A stretch of DNA of 64,000 nucleotides from an uncultured Planctomycetales bacterium (lineage in GTDB: Bacteria; Planctomycetota; UBA1135), in contig CAYZXS010000021.1 of NCBI GenBank assembly GCA_964482495.1, positions 658 through 64,657 on the forward strand. Direction: 5' to 3'. Positions 35,638 to 43,686 of the stretch are shown in pieces; position 1 is the stretch's first letter, and each line of letters opens with the position of its first letter. Both the position numbers and the translations under genes were made by a program. Under the pieces are notes generated by a model. It was not told the origin of the DNA. It saw nothing but the letters and a program-made list of their open reading frames with translations, and ran no database searches.

Positions 35638-37847
35638 TCCACGCGCTCGAGGCCCACCACCAGCTTGGCGAAGCCGTCGATCTCGAAGTGCTCGACCTCG
35701 AGCAGGACCTCGCGGTCCCTTTCGAGCTCGAACTCACCGAGGGACTCCTTGGGCGCGTGCCAGGTCCAGTCCTCCACGACCGCCTCTCCATCGACGCGGA
35801 CCCGGATGCCGTCGTCGCTCAGGGTGCGGATCCGGTACTTCCCAGCAGGAAGCGGGATCCGGGTCTCGGCGAGGGTCCCGAAGCGATCTCCGCCGCCGCC
35901 CCACGAAGCGCCGGGGAGCCCGGTCAGGGCAGCCTCCGGTCCGCCGTGGTCGAAGTGGAATTCGATGCCGGGGAGCGACACGACCGCGGCGCCCTCCGCC
36001 TCTCGCCGCCAAGCCGCCTCGTCCTCGCGAGGGTCCACGGTCCAAGGGAAGAAGCGCACCTTCCACTCGGCGAGCAGGAGGAAACCGTCGACCAGAGAGG
36101 CCTGGTCGCCGCCGACGATCTGCGCTCGATAGGCGTGGAGCCCCGGCTCCTCCGTTTCGATCCTCACCACTCGGCTCCCGCTCGCCGCGTCGACCTCGAT
36201 CAAGCGGACTGCCGAGGAAGTCGGCGGCAGCAGGCGCGCTTCGCCGGGCCCTCCGGCTGGATAGGCCTGGTAGCTGACCGCTCCAGGGCTGGCGCTGTGG
36301 AGCAACACCAGGGGCTCCGCGTGGTCCCACGGCCCCCAGGGGCCGACGACGATGTTCTGCCTGCCCGCCAGGCCCGGCCGGGCTCCCACAGGCCGGCTCG
36401 CACCCGGGAGCTCATCCAACTCCGGCAGGACCGGGAGGTCTGCTCCGGAGACCTCGATCAAGCTCGCCGCGTCCTCTAGATCCAGCTCGACCCCAACTCC
36501 GGCCAGCCCGTTCCCTCCCCACTGGACCGAGCACTCGCCTCGGAGATGGAGCGCGACCTCGTCGCCCTCGAAGAGGTTCCCGGCGACCTCCGACCCCGTG
36601 GCCTCGAGCTCGTTCGCGCGCCCCCATGGCTTCTCGGAGAAGCTCGTGGGCAGGCTCCACATGTGGACGCCACAGCGGTTGTCGCGGAATCGATTGGCCA
36701 GGATCCGGTTGCCGCGGCTGCGGTCGATGTTGACCCCGCCGCGCTCCAGGCCGTAACCCATGTCGCCGTTCTCAGCGATGTCGTTGTCCATCACCAGCGT
36801 GTCCTGGGAGTAGCCGCCCCAGATCCCGCAGATGGCGTTCCCGATCAGTCGATTGCTCAAGAAGCGGTTGCCGAAGCTGAAGGTCATCTCGATGCCGTGC
36901 GCGGGAGCGTAGGAGAAGTCGTTCCCGATCAGGGTGTTGCCGTTGTTCCCCCGCCGCCGGTGCCAGTCCAGCGGGAATTCTCCGTCCTCGCCGAGAGCCT
37001 CGCGGCCGGCGAAGCCGAAGAAGCCGTCCCCCCCGTGCGTGGCGCTGTTCTCCGCGATCAGGTTGTCGCAGCACTGCTCGAACATGAGGATGCCAGCCGA
37101 GTCCTGGCCGCGGTTGTAGACGCCGTGGCTGTAGCCGCGGACGCAGAAGTCGAAGGCGTTGCGACAGATCGTATTCCTCGAGGATCGCCACATGGCGAGT
37201 CCCCATCCGGAGAGGAAGGAGCAGTCGTTGTCATAGACCTCGCACTCCGTCATCCGGTCGAGGATGATCCCGTTCTGCCCGCGCCGGACTCGAAGGCGCC
37301 GCACGGTCGCGCCGGTTCCGTCCTCGAGGTAGAGCGCCGCGCCATAGTTGTGGAGCCACTCGTTGGCGTCGTTCTCATGCGGCCAGAGCCAGTCGGCGCC
37401 ATCCTCGGCCAGTGGGGTCGAGCGCAACCGCTGGCGGAAATTGGCGGAGAGATCCGCGTCCTCGACCAGGAGATCGTCGCAGCCGGAGGCCCAGATCCCT
37501 GACCGGAAGCCATGGACCCGCGCGCCTTGGACCGTGACGCGGGCGGCCCCCTCGAGCCGGATGCCGGTGCCGCTGAGGGTGTCTCCGGGCGTGCCGGTGG
37601 GCGCTCCGCGCAGGACCGAGCCCTCGGCGAAGCGGATCAGGACATCGGACGTGCGGACGAGGATCACTCCCTCGAGGCCCTGGTCCGCGACGACCGTCCC
37701 CGGAGGAATCACGATCTCGCAAGACTCGGTCACGACGAGGTCGTCCGCCTCGAGGACGACGACGGGCAAGTCCTGGCCGGCGGCGTCGCCGGAGGCCAGG
37801 GAGGTCAGAGAGAACAGGAGAAGGACGAAGGCGGGATGGCGCCGCAT
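35634..37847 (-). CDS. Secreted right-handed beta-helix (NosD-like) protein with C-terminal PA14-like domain
   Basis: Signal peptide; Asn-rich parallel beta-helix repeats; SDDGIRVRVDG...DWTWH..EHFE PA14 motif. Confidence 0.8.
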   Translation of the reverse strand: MRRHPAFVLLLFSLTSLASGDAAGQDLPVVVLEADDLVVTESCEIVIPPGTVVADQGLEGVILVRTSDVLIRFAEGSVLRGAPTGTPGDTLSGTGIRLEGAARVTVQGARVHGFRSGIWASGCDDLLVEDADLSANFRQRLRSTPLAEDGADWLWPHENDANEWLHNYGAALYLEDGTGATVRRLRVRRGQNGIILDRMTECEVYDNDCSFLSGWGLAMWRSSRNTICRNAFDFCVRGYSHGVYNRGQDSAGILMFEQCCDNLIAENSATHGGDGFFGFAGREALGEDGEFPLDWHRRRGNNGNTLIGNDFSYAPAHGIEMTFSFGNRFLSNRLIGNAICGIWGGYSQDTLVMDNDIAENGDMGYGLERGGVNIDRSRGNRILANRFRDNRCGVHMWSLPTSFSEKPWGRANELEATGSEVAGNLFEGDEVALHLRGECSVQWGGNGLAGVGVELDLEDAASLIEVSGADLPVLPELDELPGASRPVGARPGLAGRQNIVVGPWGPWDHAEPLVLLHSASPGAVSYQAYPAGGPGEARLLPPTSSAVRLIEVDAASGSRVVRIETEEPGLHAYRAQIVGGDQASLVDGFLLLAEWKVRFFPWTVDPREDEAAWRREAEGAAVVSLPGIEFHFDHGGPEAALTGLPGASWGGGGDRFGTLAETRIPLPAGKYRIRTLSDDGIRVRVDGEAVVEDWTWHAPKESLGEFELERDREVLLEVEHFEIDGFAKLVVGLERVD

Positions 37848-37853
37848 GCGGCC

Positions 37854-37859
37854 ATCCTA
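37854..37859 (-). promoter_or_regulatory. -10 element, leaderless-type
   Basis: TAGGAT 6 nt before ATG 37847. Confidence 0.55.
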
Positions 37860-37865
37860 GCCCGC

Positions 37866-40028
37866 TCAGCGACGCGACGGATAGGTGTAGCGGACCGGGC
37901 CAGTGGACTGCTGGCCGGAGAGCCGACCGATCACCCCAGGGCCACTGACGGCGTCTCTCAGCTCCGTGGCCATGCCGTCGCCACCCAGGACCAGGATGGA
38001 GCACGCGGGCTGCCCTTCCTCGTCGGCCTCGTGGATCCACACCACGCCGTCCAGCGAGCCCTCGGCGCGCAAGAAGGCAGTGAGTGATTGGAGCGCCTGT
38101 TCCCTGGACTGGAGCCCAATGGCGGCGCGGGCGCCGGCGAGGAGATTCAACTGCTCCTCGTCCACCGATCCGGCGTGGTCGCTGACGGTCTCATAGCCGG
38201 CAGCGACGAGTTGGTCCAACAGCCCCGCGCCGCGCGCCATCGATTCGGGCTTGGAGACGGAGGAGAAGTCGTCGAGGTAGAGGACTCGGGCGGCTGCGGA
38301 GCCACCTTGCCGGGGCCCCGTCCCCTCCAGGATCTCGGTGATGACGACGCTGAAATCGAACCGCGCCGGATCGCTGCCAGCGACGGCGGACTTCAGCCCG
38401 GCGAGGTCAAAATCGTGGTCCCCGAAGAACTCGTGCTGCATCGCCTGGATCCGGTCCTGGAAGGCGACCTGGCGTTCGCGGCCTCGCTGCTCCGCGATGA
38501 GGCCGAAGAAGGCGCCGGCGATCAGCAGGACCGCTGCGGCGAAGCCCACAACGCGCAAGAAGCGCCCCCCGCCGCGCCGGGTGCTGGGCGGCGGCAAGGG
38601 TTGGACCGACGGGGGCTCCGGCGTCGCAGGCTCCAGGGGAGGCTGAGCCTCGTAGTGGCTGGCCGCGATCGCGGCTGCGGCGGGGTCAGGCCGGAACTCG
38701 CGCAGAGGGCCAGGTTCCGGCGGCAGGTGGGCGGGCTTCTGGCCGCCGAGCGACGGGAGGTCGGCAGGCTTGAGTACGAAGGGGTCGTCAGCGGCGAGCA
38801 CGGCGTGGACGTCGAGCAGCATCTCCCGGGCGGAGGAGTAGCGGCCGTTCATCTCGGCCATCGACCGCCGGACGATCCAGTGCAAGGCTTCCGGGCAGCG
38901 CTTGGTGATCCTGGAGAGACCACCGTGCGCCGGGAAGGAGCCCTCGATGACGCTGAACAACACCGCGCCGGCGCCGTAGATGTCGAAGCGGACGCCGTCC
39001 ACCTCGTTCACCTTCGCCCCCTTCATCGCCAAGCGGACGAGCTCCGGGTCCCGGAAGTACTCGGTGCCGTGCGTCGTCAAGGTCATCGCCGAGGCCAAGG
39101 GCGTGACCAGGCCGAGATCGACCAGGTAGGCGCGGTCGCCGCAGACCACCAGGTTGTCCGGCTTCACGTCCTTGTGCCAGAGGCCGCCCTGGTGGTATCG
39201 CTCGAGCGTCAGGAGCAGGTCAGAGACCAAGGTCACGCCCCGGCGCAGCTGCGGCGTCGGCAGGCCCTCGCCGCCGGCAGCCGTATGCATGCGCTCGACG
39301 ACGACGCTGAGGTTGTCGCCAGGGACATAGGGCATCACGTAGAAGAAATAGTGCTCACCGAGCCCATGCTCGAGCACCAACCCGAGGCGCTTGGCCGACT
39401 CCAGCGCCCGGCTCTCGCGCACGATCTGCGGCAGCGAGGGTCCGTTATGCATGGAGAAGCTCTTGATGACCACCCGCCGGACGGAGGGGAAGCCCTGGGC
39501 CGCCAGGACCTGCGCCTTCTCCTGCCCAGGCTCGGCGATGTAGAGCTTCGCGCCGGAGCCGCCACCGGGAAGGCTGCCGACGACCCGGTAGCCCTCGAAG
39601 ATGCCCCGCGATCCCGACTTGAGGTCGCTGCCCGGCGCCTGCCGAACGATCTCGGGGACCCGCTTCTCGACCCCGGAGACCACGTCCAGCAACCCGATGA
39701 GGGTCAGGGGATTGCGGATGTAGACCCGGTAGAGGCAGATGCCGGCGTCCTTGAGTTCGTGGAAGACGGCGCGCCGGTAGTGGCTCACCCGGGAGAAATT
39801 GCCCGAGAGCAGGTTCAGGAGCACCAACGGGATCAACACCAGGGAGGAGACCAGGTGCCCGATGAAGCGCACGATGTCCCGGATCTCGTCTCTGATGAAC
39901 CGGAATACGCGGCCCAGGAGCCAGAAGACCAGCTTCAGCACCTTCGCCCCCACCAGGACCACCAGGACAGCCGCCCCGAGGACGGCCAGGAAGGAGAAGA
40001 TCGGGATGCCGAGGCCGGTGACGCTCAT
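37866..40028 (-). CDS. Membrane-bound Hanks-type Ser/Thr protein kinase
   Basis: VVIKSF, RE (alphaC), HKDVKPDN, VDLG, GTEYFRDPE, DIYGAG; hydrophobic segments on both sides of the kinase. Confidence 0.9.
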   Translation of the reverse strand: MSVTGLGIPIFSFLAVLGAAVLVVLVGAKVLKLVFWLLGRVFRFIRDEIRDIVRFIGHLVSSLVLIPLVLLNLLSGNFSRVSHYRRAVFHELKDAGICLYRVYIRNPLTLIGLLDVVSGVEKRVPEIVRQAPGSDLKSGSRGIFEGYRVVGSLPGGGSGAKLYIAEPGQEKAQVLAAQGFPSVRRVVIKSFSMHNGPSLPQIVRESRALESAKRLGLVLEHGLGEHYFFYVMPYVPGDNLSVVVERMHTAAGGEGLPTPQLRRGVTLVSDLLLTLERYHQGGLWHKDVKPDNLVVCGDRAYLVDLGLVTPLASAMTLTTHGTEYFRDPELVRLAMKGAKVNEVDGVRFDIYGAGAVLFSVIEGSFPAHGGLSRITKRCPEALHWIVRRSMAEMNGRYSSAREMLLDVHAVLAADDPFVLKPADLPSLGGQKPAHLPPEPGPLREFRPDPAAAAIAASHYEAQPPLEPATPEPPSVQPLPPPSTRRGGGRFLRVVGFAAAVLLIAGAFFGLIAEQRGRERQVAFQDRIQAMQHEFFGDHDFDLAGLKSAVAGSDPARFDFSVVITEILEGTGPRQGGSAAARVLYLDDFSSVSKPESMARGAGLLDQLVAAGYETVSDHAGSVDEEQLNLLAGARAAIGLQSREQALQSLTAFLRAEGSLDGVVWIHEADEEGQPACSILVLGGDGMATELRDAVSGPGVIGRLSGQQSTGPVRYTYPSRR

Positions 40029-40789
40029 CTGGGTTCCATCCCCGAGGCTTCGTCGAGAGATTGCCGCCGGAACTTCTCCTGTCGATGCAGGATCTCGGCG
40101 AGGGCGTCGTCGAAGCTCGAGTCGTCGGCCTTATTGGGATTCAGCTCGAGCCCGTTTCGGCGCGCCTCTTCGACCTCCTCGGGGGTGAAGCTGAAGGTCG
40201 CGAGGACCTCCTGGACCTGCACCCGCAGGGCGTCCCGGACCTTCTTGAGGCGCCGGCTGACGGTCGGCTCGCTCATGCCGATGGACTCCGCCACTTCCTT
40301 GCCGCTCCGACCGTCCATCACCCGCATCCGGTAAATGGAGAAGTCGAGGAAATCGGTCGCCCGTTCGACCTTCCGCACCGCGGACTCGACCTTGGCGCGG
40401 AACATGGCCGCCTCGTAGTCCGAATCCGGGGAAGGGACGGAGGATTTGCCGCTCCAGGACTCGTCCAAGGAGACGGGCCGTTTGCCGCTGCCCCTCTTCT
40501 TGGCCATCCGCCGGTCCAGCTCGTCCCCCAGGACGTGCTTCGCGATAGCGAGCACCCAGGTCGAGAAGCGGGCGCCCTTGGAGGGGTCGTGCCGGTGGAT
40601 GCTGTTCGAGAGCGCGGCCAGGGTCTCCTGGGAGAGGTCCTGCACGGTCTCGGGGCCGACCCAGCCGTAGCCCCAGCGGCCGATCTGGGCCCTCAAGACG
40701 GGACCGAAGGTGTCCCAGAGCTCGAACCAGGCTTCCGGATCCTGCGCGCGGAGTCGCCCAACGAAGCGGGTGGTCAGATTGCTGAGCAT
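40025..40789 (-). CDS. ECF sigma factor (kinase-associated type)
   Basis: DPEAW.ELW..F.PVL, QDLSQET, ARFSTWVLAIA, KKRGSG, sigma4 SGKEVA..IGMSEPTVSRRLKK. Confidence 0.9.
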   Translation of the reverse strand: MLSNLTTRFVGRLRAQDPEAWFELWDTFGPVLRAQIGRWGYGWVGPETVQDLSQETLAALSNSIHRHDPSKGARFSTWVLAIAKHVLGDELDRRMAKKRGSGKRPVSLDESWSGKSSVPSPDSDYEAAMFRAKVESAVRKVERATDFLDFSIYRMRVMDGRSGKEVAESIGMSEPTVSRRLKKVRDALRVQVQEVLATFSFTPEEVEEARRNGLELNPNKADDSSFDDALAEILHRQEKFRRQSLDEASGMEPR

Positions 40790-40796
40790 GGGGGCG

Positions 40797-40802
40797 ATTC
40801 TA
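40797..40802 (-). promoter_or_regulatory. -10 element, leaderless-type, ECF-kinase operon
   Basis: TAGAAT 7 nt before the ATG. Confidence 0.6.
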
Positions 40803-40952
40803 GGGGGCCGAGCCGGATGCCCGCACTACGGCCCAAACCCCGCTTGATTCAGGGGAAAGGCCGAAATGTCCCCCCGTGGAATCCCAACAAGGTCGCGTGG
40901 CCGGGAGGAACCGGCAGAACCACGAACCCGCAAGACCAGATAGGCACTCAAG

Positions 40953-41849
40953 ATGATGAAGACCCTCTTCAAGCTGCTCATCGCCGTCGTCGTCCTCGGC
41001 GGCGCCGTGGCCCTGATCGCCGGCCCCGACCGCGTCGGGGCGGTGGTCCATCAGGCCCACGCCTCCATCAACCAGGTCATCGACCAGAACATCTCGGACC
41101 CGGTGGCGCTCCGGAGCCAGCTGCACAAGCTCGAGAAGGAGTACCCGGGCCGCATCTCGGCCATCCGCGGCGACCTCGCCGAGCTCCAGGAGCAGAAGCG
41201 CCAACTCCAACGCGAGCAGGCCATCGCGGCCCGCGTCGTCCAGCTGGCGGAAGAAGACCGGACCGAGCTCGAGACCCAACTCGCCACGGCCGAGACCCGC
41301 GTGAACGAAGAGTATGCCCACCCGGTGGCCTACCGCAACACGACCATCCCGGCCGCGCACGCCCAACGGATCCGCTCCCGCGTCGAGCAGGTCCAGCACA
41401 CCATCCTCGCCTACTCCAGCCGTGCCCAGGACGCCGTCCGCGACCTCGGCTACCTGCAGCAGCAGGAAGACCGGCTCCAGGGCCTGCTGGCCCAGGTCGA
41501 GGCCGAACACGCCCAGTTCCGGGCTCAGCTCCTGCAGCTCGACCGCCAGGTGGACGCCGTCGCCCGCAACGAGCGACTCATCGGCCTGATGGAGAAGCGC
41601 CAGAAGACCATCGACCGTCTCAGCCGCTACGAAGTCGGCAGCCTCGACCACCTGCAGGGCCGCCTCGCCGAGATCCGCTCGCGCCAAGAGGCCCAGCTCG
41701 AGATCCTGGCCTCGACCGAATCGACCACGAGCTACGAAGACCGCGCCCGCTTCGAGATCAACATGAGCGCCGAGGTCGCGCCCTCCGAGTTCGACTCGAG
41801 TTGGATCGAGGAGTTCGAGAGCGCTGCCACCGCGGACTCGACCTTCTGA
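40953..41849 (+). CDS. Coiled-coil protein, PspA/IM30-like, with N-terminal hydrophobic segment
   Basis: IDQNISDPVALRSQL resembles PspA helix 1 entry (EDP..L); long Q/E/L heptad helices. Confidence 0.65.
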   Translation: MMKTLFKLLIAVVVLGGAVALIAGPDRVGAVVHQAHASINQVIDQNISDPVALRSQLHKLEKEYPGRISAIRGDLAELQEQKRQLQREQAIAARVVQLAEEDRTELETQLATAETRVNEEYAHPVAYRNTTIPAAHAQRIRSRVEQVQHTILAYSSRAQDAVRDLGYLQQQEDRLQGLLAQVEAEHAQFRAQLLQLDRQVDAVARNERLIGLMEKRQKTIDRLSRYEVGSLDHLQGRLAEIRSRQEAQLEILASTESTTSYEDRARFEINMSAEVAPSEFDSSWIEEFESAATADSTF

Positions 41850-41870
41850 CCCTCCTCCCACCCGGTCACC

Positions 41871-41902
41871 GCGCCAGGCTCTTCGGAGCCTGGCGCCTTT
41901 CT
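41871..41902 (+). terminator. Intrinsic terminator
   Basis: GCGCCAGGCTC-TTCG-GAGCCTGGCGC then CTTTCT. Confidence 0.85.
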
Positions 41903-41907
41903 ATACT
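41902..41907 (+). promoter_or_regulatory. -10 element, leaderless-type, SLC13 gene
   Basis: TATACT 6 nt before the ATG. Confidence 0.6.
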
Positions 41908-41913
41908 GAGGGC

Positions 41914-43686
41914 ATGGGCCTGGATGCCATCCTGGTCGCGGCCATCGCCCTCCTATCCTTGGCGCTCCTGGTCAGCGGCAGACTGAGCCTCGACTTGATC
42001 GGGATCGGACTCATCCTGCTGCTGGTGTTCAGCCAGCAGGTGGGCGCGGGCGACGCCATCGCCGGCTTCGGAAACCCCACGGTGGTCACCCTCGGTGGCC
42101 TCTATGTCATCGGCGAGGGCCTGACCCGGACCGGAGCGATGGCCTTCCTCGGGCGCTACGTCATCCGCATGAGCGGCGGCAATCCCCGGCGTCTCCTCCT
42201 CGTCCTCTGCGGCACCGCCGCGCTGGTCTCGGCCTTCGCCAGCAACACGGCGGTCATCCTGGTCTTCACCCCGCTGGCGATCGGGCTCTCCCGAGACCTG
42301 GACATCCCGGTCTCCCGGCTGCTGATGCCGATGGCCTTCGCCTCCATCTTCGGCGGCACCCTGACCCTGGTCGGCTCCTCAATCAACCTCCTGACCAGCG
42401 GCGCGGCCGAGGCCTACGGAGCCGCCCCGCTCGGCATGTTCGAGCTGACTCCGATCGCCCTGCCCCTGTGCCTGGTCGGGGTGCCCTTGACCGTCTTCTT
42501 GGCGTCGCGGCTGCTTCCCGACCGACGCTCCTTGAGCGCGGCCTTGGCCTCGACCCCCGCGCGTGAGTTCGTCACCGAGCTGACCGTCGGGCCGACCTCG
42601 CCGTTAGTCGGACGCCCGGTCCGGCAAGCGCTCGGCGAAGAGCAAGTCGAGCCGCTGTTCCTGGTCCGCGACGAGCGCATGATCTGGCCCCCCTTCGATG
42701 ACGCGAGCATCGAGGCCCAGGATGTCCTCATGCTCCGCGGACCGGTCGAGCGCCTGGTCGACCTCGGGGAACGCCTTGAGCTCCAGATGCACGGCGACAC
42801 GCGATTCGACCCCCACACCATGGTGCTCTTCGAGCTGGCGGTCGCCCCGCGCTCCACCCTGGCCGGCCGCAGGGTCAGGGACCTCCACCTCTGGCGGGAC
42901 TTCGGCGTCATCGTCGTCGCGGTGCTCCGCGGCGGACACCACTACCGGGAACGCGCCTCGCAGATGATCCTCCAGCCCGGTGACGTCCTGCTGGTGAGCG
43001 GGCCCGAGGAGAGCCAGCTCCGGCTCCAGGGATCGATGGACTTCTACCTGCTGCAGCGCATCGGGGAGAAGCCCGTGCTGCAGCGACACGGCAGGCGGGC
43101 GCTCTGGATCTTGGCGGCCGTGGTCCTCCTCTTCAGCCTCGGCGGCGTCGGCCTCGCCAAGGCGCTTCCGATCCCCATGATCTCGCTCGCCGGGGCCGTG
43201 GCCATGGTGACCGCCGGCTGCATCCGGTCCCGGAGGGCCTACCGCGCCATTGACTGGCCGATCCTGATCTTCGTCGTCGGCGCCTTGGCGCTCGGCGAGG
43301 CCATGAAGGAGTCGAAGCTGGCGGACGCCATGGCGTCGGGCATCGTCGGCTTGACCAGCGGCATGGGCGCCGCCGCGGTGGCCAGCGCGCTGTTGCTCGC
43401 CGGCACCTTGCTCAACCAGCTGACCTCTCCCTACGCCGTCACGGTACTCCTGACGCCGATCGCCCTCGCGACCGCCAGCTCGATGGGCGTGGAGGACCCG
43501 CGACCCTTCCTCCTGGCCATCGCCTTCGCCGGCTCCAACGCCTTCGCGACCCCGATGGGCCACCAGGTGAACCTGATGGTGCTCGGTCCGGGCGGCTACC
43601 GCTACACCGACTTCATGCGGCTCGGCCTGCCGCTGTGCCTGTTCTTCTGGCTGTTCGTGAGCGGCGCCCTGTTCCTCATGACCTAG
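41914..43686 (+). CDS. SLC13/DASS family permease with two TrkA-C (RCK-C) domains
   Basis: SAFASNTA, GGTLTLVGSSINL, FATPMGHQVNLMV.GPGGYRYTDF. Confidence 0.92.
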   Translation: MGLDAILVAAIALLSLALLVSGRLSLDLIGIGLILLLVFSQQVGAGDAIAGFGNPTVVTLGGLYVIGEGLTRTGAMAFLGRYVIRMSGGNPRRLLLVLCGTAALVSAFASNTAVILVFTPLAIGLSRDLDIPVSRLLMPMAFASIFGGTLTLVGSSINLLTSGAAEAYGAAPLGMFELTPIALPLCLVGVPLTVFLASRLLPDRRSLSAALASTPAREFVTELTVGPTSPLVGRPVRQALGEEQVEPLFLVRDERMIWPPFDDASIEAQDVLMLRGPVERLVDLGERLELQMHGDTRFDPHTMVLFELAVAPRSTLAGRRVRDLHLWRDFGVIVVAVLRGGHHYRERASQMILQPGDVLLVSGPEESQLRLQGSMDFYLLQRIGEKPVLQRHGRRALWILAAVVLLFSLGGVGLAKALPIPMISLAGAVAMVTAGCIRSRRAYRAIDWPILIFVVGALALGEAMKESKLADAMASGIVGLTSGMGAAAVASALLLAGTLLNQLTSPYAVTVLLTPIALATASSMGVEDPRPFLLAIAFAGSNAFATPMGHQVNLMVLGPGGYRYTDFMRLGLPLCLFFWLFVSGALFLMT

